DNA from: Girardia tigrina
Lineage: Eukaryota
Length of the DNA: 59,721 nucleotides
Assembly (NCBI GenBank): GCA_001938485.1
Contig: MQRK01239088.1
Coordinates: forward strand, 1-59,721
Reading direction: 5' to 3'
Positions 43,601 to 52,900 of this stretch are shown in pieces. How positions within the stretch are numbered: the stretch's first letter is position 1; every line of letters starts with the position of its first letter. A program made the translations under genes and the position numbers. Under the pieces are notes generated by a model. The model saw nothing but the letters and a program-made list of their open reading frames with translations, ran no database searches and was not told the DNA's origin.

Positions 43601-46600
43601 ATTTTATATTAATATTTAGATTATTTTCATAATTATTGAGTGTCAAGTTAATTAGGTAGCGTTACCATAAAATCAATGTTCAAACGGCAATCTCAAACAA
43701 CTATTAATAATTTTTGAATGAAATGACTTCGTGTAACCGATTACATATTCAATATTTTTGCATTTATATACAGTGGCCTGAAGATGTCAGATGATCTGCC
43801 GAAAGATATTGTCTGTAAAAAAATTTTTTGAAATGGGTAAGTTTTGTTTTTTATAAAAATTATCATCCGGTTCAAAGATTTTAAATTATGAAATCGTTAA
43901 AAATATTAACAACTTACTTCTTCTTATCCAACACAATACCCAACTGAGAATCTGGACGTTTCACTAAAGTCACGGTGAATGTTTCTGGACAAAAAGAATT
44001 TCGATAAACATTTCTTTTTACAAGTTTATGATATTAAAGTACCAAATTTATTTGAAACTGGAGCACATTCTCTAAATACAAGAAATTTACATTTTGGACT
44101 CAATGTAGATAAAGCACGTTTGGCTTGGACATGGGTAGCAGAAGTCAAATCAAAATTATTTATCTACGAACACCATTTAGTGACTAATTTACCTCTAAAA
44201 AAGGATAAACAAACTTCTAATAATTGATCACCGGGTCTCAATCGACAGTCTTGAGAAATTATACCGTCGAGATAAATCTCTTGTATCACAATACATCCCT
44301 TAATAAATAAGAAAATAATAGTAAAATAAAAATCTATTAAAATAAAACTTTAAAAAGTTCATTGCAAAAATAAGGTCATTTCTAATAATTGGTAAATATT
44401 TTAAAAACCGAAAGGTCCTTGGAGTGTTTATGTTGGTATGTTTTAAGGACAAAAATCAAATACTTACAAGAAACTAGTCTATGACATTAAAAACAGTATA
44501 AGTCAATCTCAATAATTACCAATAAAATATGATTAATTTTTAAGTGCTAAATTCAAAAACAATTTTTTGTGGAAATTTATGTATTACAAAAAAAACAAAA
44601 TGTGTAGAATATAGAAGACTGTCTCTTACATATCATCCAAATAAGGATGAACATTTTGAAAAAAAATCGGTAGGTAAACTTGTTGTAGAAACCCTGAATG
44701 AAATTTTTTGAAAGATGATATGTATTAGAAAATGGTAAGAGTGACGCACTTGAACATCTAAGGTACTTCCGAAAAAAACATTGTATTCCTTTGAATTATT
44801 TACAATAGAAATTTATTACCAAAATCTTATGTTACATTTTATTATTACATTAAGTCTAATATATAAATATTATGAATCAAAGTTAAATATTATGAATTTT
44901 CTTAAGGCAATAGAAAACTTAGAAATCCAAGAATGAAAATGTTTGTAATGTCTAATCATTAGACATTACAAACGTTTTCATTCTTGGATTTAAGTTTTCG
45001 TATGCCTTAAGAAAATTCATAATATTAAACTTTGTAATTCTTCATTATTTTGATAATTCAGTCTGACTTTCTCACATCAAAACGTTTTCAATCTTAGCCG
45101 TAATAAATATTAATAACGTATAATACGGTTCCCGAAATATGGAAATTATTTTCAAGAGTGAATAGGGAGATATTTCATTGATCAGTTTATTCAACGATCA
45201 ACGAGACTCAGAGTCTTGTTTTCTATCATATATCATAAATCTTGAGATCACCATTTTAATTTGAAGATGTTAAATGACTTCCATGGTGCCAAAGTTCTTT
45301 CATCAGAGCTTGTTATTAAATTAAGAATCACGTTAATCATATTTGTTTAGTATTTATTATTTATGCAACTATTATCTGATTAAATTCCAAATAACATTTA
45401 TCATTTTGACTAAAATAAGTTTGAATAAAATGAAATTAAAATGAGGAATGAAACTTTGGAAATAAAAAAATCACTGGTTCTTCTGTCGGATTCAGTATTC
45501 TCAAAGTATTTTTAGTCATCAGTAGTACGTAAATGACCTGAATGACATTACCAGTATTTGACATCGAGGTTCATGTCTTTATCAACAAACAGGTGATATT
45601 TTAACTCTAAATTATGACTATTGTAGGAAGCTGTTTATATTCGAACGTTGAAAGTTCTAAAATCTATTTTGTCATTGAACAGTTAATGAGAGAATCTTCT
45701 AAAAATCAAAAATCGCTTCATACTATTTAGATGAGAATAAAAAACGTAGATCTAAGTTGTACGATGCATTCGTATAAATACTTATATGAAGAGGACTAAC
45801 TGGAGTCAAGTTTGGTTTCATAATTATGAAAGTATTCAAAAAATTAGTAACATTTCAGGAAACCCGCAATGTTTTCTATTTTATAGTTAATATTTACTCC
45901 ACTTAAAATTTAAGGGAAACTTTGAACAAAGTTAATATACCTGAAGAGTATTTAATAAAAGAATAATTAAAATAATCCAGTTTAATTGTTCCTCTTATTC
46001 AACAACAAAAATGAATTAAATATCTTTTTTAAGTATAAAATGTAGTTGTATAATTTATCAAAATTTGGACTTGGACTTGTTTGAGTCGTGCTTCAATTAA
46101 ATTATTTTCCAAATTAACAGTATTAGTTAAATTTAAATTTGTAGAATAAAATTTCTATTTTCCAGACTCATAAATTAATTAGCATTTTAATTTGGAAGGG
46201 AAAATTATAAATGCAATTATTATGATAAAATTTAAAAAAAGTTTTTCTTTGCAGTTTCCTATATGTACACTCTTTCTTTTATGAAAACTTTTTGACAATT
46301 TATCAAAGAGGTTTACAAATTTATTTATTAATTATTAAATATAATAGACAAAAAATTCTTTAATAAGATATTTGGGATTCCTATAAATTTGGAAAAGTAT
46401 TTAGTAATTACACAACATAGGAAAACATATCACGAATATTATTAAGAGCCTTTACGAAGATGCAAAGACAAAAGTGTTGACAAGTGAGCAATTTAGCGAT
46501 TGGTTTAAATCATCAGTAGGAGTAAGACAAGGTTGCATTCTTTCACCAACACTGTTCAACCTTTTTCTTGAGAGAATTGTTATGGAAGCAATAGAAGATC

Positions 46601-49600
46601 TATTTGATGTTGGAATAAGCTGCGGAGGAACAAGAATAACCAACCTACGATTTGCTGATGACATAGACCTAATCGGCAAAGATGAGGCAGAGAAAAAAAG
46701 TAAAGTAATGGTTTAAGAAAACCATAACAACGAGGTTAAACTGGAGATTTTCATTGAAGGGGAGAAGCTGGAACAAGTAAGGAGTTTCAAATATTTAGGC
46801 TCTACTATCACAGAGAATGGGGGAAGCGAAGAAGAAATCAGAAGGCGGATTGGTATATCAACAAGCGCAATGATTAAGCTTAGCACAATTTTTAACCTCA
46901 ATGAAATCCATCTCAAGAGTAGATTGAAGATCACTAAGGCTATTGTCTGGGCAACACTCCTCTATGGATGCGACAGTTGGACAATAAATCAGAAGAGTAT
47001 GGATAGGCTTAAAGCGTTTGAAATGAAGTGCTACAGGAGAATGCTGAAGATCACGTGGAAAGAAAAGAAGACAAATGACTTTGTTTGGAGAAGAGTGACA
47101 GAAATACTAGGTAAAAGACCAGAATCAATAGAAGAGATCATCAAGAAGGAAGCTGAAATTCTACGGTCATCAAATAAGAAAACAAGCAGTAGCAAAGGTT
47201 ATAATTGAGGGAAGAGTGGAAGGAGAAAGACCAAGAGGAAGACCAAAGAGGCAATGGATGGACGATTTAAAAGAATGGACTGAACTGAGTATGGAATGTC
47301 TGAGAAAAGAAGCTATAAATAGAAAGATGTAGCGAAGGCTTGTTTATAATTTGGTGCACCCACGGCCCAACGGCTAAGGTCAAAAGAATTTAGTAATTAA
47401 CTTTATGTGTTGTATTATAAAACTTATACAATAAAATTATAAACTAAATATTTATTCATACATATGTTTCATATTATTGTAAAAAAAATCATAAAAGTAT
47501 AAAAAAATTCAATTAAATATAGATATATTTATATATTATTAACAAATTTTAAACTTCATTCCCAAAAATCATTCAGAGTCTAAAAAAGTCTCCATGCTAA
47601 TCCTTTTTGAGTTCTATTCGATTCCTGTTGAATAACTTGATAGAAAGAATTGATTTTATCAGGATTTTTTGTTTAATATTATCATTATGATCGCTTTTTA
47701 ATTAATTTTAATAATTATAACTGTTAATAGTTCAGTTTAATTATACTATTAAAATTACGAGAATATTTCGCTAATTGAAATATTCAATCGATAAAATTTT
47801 TTTTAATTTTTTACATTTCTCCAAAAGTTTTTCTTGACATTCCTTAAAATGCCGAATGCCAAAATAATCCATCAACATTTTCTGTAGTTATCTCTACACT
47901 TTTTTGGTAACAATGATCGACAATGATTTCAAAAATCCGCTTTCCATCGGAAGAATTATTCCAATTGATTTTAGTTTGAGTTTCACATTCGCTTTTTGAA
48001 TAATCACTATATGTCGACAAAATAAATTTATGTAAATGAAACTCATGATTTTCCATTAAAGCACAAATATCCCATATTATCATGCAACCGCTTAATTCAA
48101 TTGTGGATTTTTGTGGATAAAATTTCGGATTTTTGAAATTTTATCGTCAGTATTCATTCATTTATTCATTGATAACATTTTTTGAAGAAACATCAATGTT
48201 TTTATAAAAGCTTAATTAAATCGATTTTTAAGAGTAAATAAATGATCGATTTAATTTTCAAGATTCTTTAAAGGCAAAATAATTGATGATCCGAATCTTG
48301 ATTCATCTTGAAGCGCTCATTCAACTATTACGATTTGAGATAATTTACTGTTAGGTTTCTCATCATCATAATTAGCACAATTGACAAAATACTCAATAAC
48401 GATATCATACTTGGGTGGAGGACAAAAGAAACTGGTTGTTAGCACAAATTCAATAACCAATCTCTAAGGTCACACTCATCACCATTTCCTCAAACATTAA
48501 AATACATAACCAGAATTAAGCACTACAATGCCATTATATACTAAACTAGCGCGCTCGGCCCGCTTCGCGGCCCTCTCTTGCCGGGGGTTCAATGTTATTA
48601 GATCACGCGACTTTTTCTGAAAGCATTTTTATTGAAAATTTCAGTGTTTCGAGTATAAAAAATCGTATAACAAAAGTTTTTATTTCTGTTTAATGCAAAG
48701 TTTGTAAATCATATCTCGAGACAAAATGATATTTAAGAAATTACGGTTACAAAAATCGCATTCATTCTAATATCAGTCTAATATTTATTTATTAATATAC
48801 AATCATTTCTTTATTGATTATAAAATCATTTCAAAAATTTACCTTACAGCGTTAGTGAGGCAGTGAGGCAGGCAGTGAGTGACTTGGGCTTTTATAAGAT
48901 AAGATAACAAATACTTCACATAAACAATCCCATTTTTCATGAAACAGATTGTATTTTTTATTAGATTAGTATTATTTTATATTATTTTAAAAATTTATAA
49001 AGCATTTTCAAGAAATCAAACATATTTCGATATTTCATACATCAGTATTAGAAAATATAATTTGTAAAATTTTTTAATGTTAACTTAAATATTTTTATTT
49101 TTTATTTTTCAAGATTCTTCAAAGGCAAAATAAATGATGATCCGAATCTTGATTCATCTTGAACCGATCAGTCAAATATTACGATTTGAGATATGTTGCT
49201 GTACAATATTTGAATGGTACAATATTCATGATTTAATATTATATTTATTTTTTTATAGATTTTATTGGAAATTAATAACATTTTTTATTTATATAATTAT
49301 TTTTTTAGGAATTGAGAGGGTTTTATTTTCCCATTTTGATTATTAATCAGTGTGTTGTAGTGCCTTATCAATAATCATTCACAAATCTACCACTCGAACT
49401 GTGAATCAAAGCTCTTGTGTAGAACAGATTACTTATCATTTGAAACAGAAGCGATTCTATTCTTACAATGCATGCAATGATCAAGTACCGAGTTTTGAGG
49501 TAACGATTTGTCTCTCGAATCTACCAGATTAGTTGCAATTCATAAGCAGTTTTCGATTTATTTGAGAAAGCCTTTAATATTGATACACTCAAACCTTTTT

Positions 49601-49846
49601 TATACTATTTTTTTATTTGTACGATCTCATACCAAAAATTAAATTATGAGATTGCACAAAAAATCGCAAATAAAATGATTGCATAAGAATAGTTTTGAAT
49701 GTTTTCAATAAAATCTATAAAAAATTAAATATAAATGTCAAAACAAAACAAAAAATAATTTAATCCTAATTTTACAAACTTAATATTGCTGATGATAAAG
49801 CTGGAAGCTGCAAAACATGTTCAATAATCATGTTCTTAAAAAGCAA

Positions 49847-49896
<50 letters not shown>

Positions 49897-49946
49897 NNNN
49901 NNNNNNNNNNNNNNNNNNNNNNNNNNNNNNNNNNNNNNNNNNNNNN

Positions 49947-49987
<41 letters not shown>

Positions 49988-52900
49988 GTAGTTCTTATTT
50001 TCGTAATCAGAAATATGCAGTAAATGAAAGGATATCGCAGGAGAATACCAGAAATGGAATTCTGTACAGTTTATACAAGTGAAACAGAAATATGATTTAG
50101 TAAAGATTAAAAACATGTACACAATCGTCATATTGATTACTAGAAACTACTGTATCCATTTCTATACAAATCAAAAAGTGAAGCAGTTGCCACTGTCATT
50201 TCTAGTTACAACAGAGGAATGAAATTCTATAAACAAAGACAAAATCAACTAATCGTCACAAAGAAAAGCGATTCGAAACGACAGCTAATTCAACGGAAAG
50301 GAAATGTTGCATTTCTTGCTCACAAGCAATGACGATTTTAATTTTATTACTAAACTGTTTCGATTATTATCCATCGTTTTGTATTACACTTTTTTATCTT
50401 TATCATTTCCTCCTAATGCTACTGACTAATAGAATTTTCAATAAATAGAAATATCAGTGTTTATTACCACTTTATTCACAGAGTTTTTATTTTTTAATAT
50501 ATAACTACTGTCATGAGACATGAAATTCTGAGATTGCTCATAATATTTGCAATAAATATTTTACACCTTTCTTAAAAAATAATTTCAGTCAATTTCAATT
50601 GCATTCTTAAAGTATTTCTTCAAATCAGAATTTCAGGTCTTATAAATTGTTGCCATGTGGTTTAGATCAGGTAGGTTTAAGCGAGGATTTCCATTATTTA
50701 TCTGAAAAATATCTTCAGATTTCCAATTCTACTAGCAATAATGTCATAAATTTGTTTTAAACATACCGAAATGAAAGTTTTCTTTTTTGCAAAAATGTTT
50801 GAAAATCATTTATAAAAAAATAAATGAAATCTTATTGGGATGAATTCCTTCCCCTTCAGATTCCCAACTGCTGTGTTTTACCATGAAACATTTGTAGTTT
50901 TAGAAATAACGATTTTGAAGATATTTGTACATCAAACATTTCTTGATAAAATATATTAGAAGTATCCATTGGTTTACGGCGGTTCAATTTACACCAATTC
51001 ACAAAAACAACGCTAAACAATACGCAATGTTATTCCACAATTTTCTTAAACAGACTGAGAATGTACGTTTTCATTTTTATGCGCGCGATGTAGGATTGGA
51101 CGATGTTACACCAGAAAATATAATAGAATGTTTAGAACCCCATAATCAGTCGTTTTCGATAGAAAAGTTAGAAAAATTAACCAAAAATTTATGTCGTCAA
51201 CAGTTGAGAAACAGGAGGAGGAAAGCGAAGATGGAATTTTAGGAATTATGAAAACAGCCGTTGTAAAGCATTAAATAATTATTGCGAAATAAATACTTAT
51301 CATTGTATTAATTCAACCATTTTCCCTCAATGAAAAAAAACAAAAATCTAAACAATTAAAGCTGCATTTTTTTAAGAAATATCAGAGATCCGATAAAAAA
51401 TTTACTTAACTTTCAGACTTCAAATAATATTTGGGTTCATGTAATATCAATTCGATTTGTGTAGCTAATGTAAAAATAGAACAACGTTGTAAACCGAAGG
51501 AAAAATACTTACAGTATGGTTCAATGAGTATGGTTCAATACAGTATGGTTCATGATACTTTTTTATTAATTCTTCATCTTTTCATCGTTTGTGCCAAAAT
51601 TATTCTACAATTGTTATAATTACATTTAGTATATTGATCTAATAGTTTTTTCTATCTTATATATGGAGAACAACTTTGATTTATTTGAAAAAAAACGTTT
51701 CAATGCTTCTTTTCCAAAAGATAATCTATAATTTACAGTTAACATGAAAAAAGATTGATAATGTTCTATCTCTACTTTTTGTAACAACATTTTGAACATA
51801 AATCCTTAATGAAATTCTACATAATAATCCTACATTACATTTTTATTATTGGTAAAGGAATATTTTAAAGAATATGCAAATAAATAATTAAATTACACCT
51901 ACAATTTATGAATGTATATATTGACTAAAAAGAAAAATACACATTTTATATGAGAATTTGTCCTTATTTTCCTATTGTACTTTTAATGGAATCGTTTTTT
52001 ATAGTGAAGCAAAGAATCCAGCTGCGATTGTTTTGCATAAGAGATGAAAATCGGTAATAAAATTTGCTAACCTTAGCAGATTTTCTTCGTCCAAAATGTT
52101 AAGTGAATAAATCTGGAACGTTGATGAAAAACAATTTATTTCCCGTTGAAATTACTTTAGATAAATTTATAACCACCTGAGATAATTTCCTTTGCCATTT
52201 CTATATTTGAATTAGGTTTGTTTGAAATATAAAAATAACTTATACAATTATCCATTGAATATGTTATATGTATAAAATGTCCATATAAATAAAATTTCCT
52301 AATGTTTCTTCAAAAAATTTTGAGCATTCTCTTTCACAGTTATTATCATAATTGAAAATTGCGAAATGAACATTTTCCATTAGAACTATAAAAAATTAAA
52401 TCATAATTGTTTATTTTTATTAATTTATTGTTGCAACACACGACATAAAAAAAATCCTTGAACTTTATAAAAAAATAGTGATTTTAAGCAAATGGGAAAA
52501 GTAATATTAATATTCTTTTAATTGATATTTATATAAAAGTTTGTTTTGATCTCTAATAAATTTTTTTATGATACATTCATTTTTATTTCTTATTTTTTAT
52601 TGTTATAAAGTAATTTTATTTAATGAATACCAAAGGTTTTAAAAGCACATTCACGAAATTCCATGCAAACAAGTCAGAATCAAGGTGTAATCATTTGTAA
52701 GTCACACCATATGAATCGTTTGATTCATTTTCTCTTTGTTAAGAGAACTCACACATTTGACAGAACATTTATTACATTCACATTTCTTATCATCTTTATG
52801 ATGATCAACAGTAATGCTTTCACTTAGATCCATCAATCAATTTTCAATATCTCCCATTATAATCTGAACTATACTTGAGAAAATTATTTTATTAAAAAAT

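Noticed and set aside
48115-48152. Minus-strand CTGACGA...GAAA hammerhead-like string
   Set aside because: Stem II is poor and it is better explained as BTB N-terminal coding sequence.
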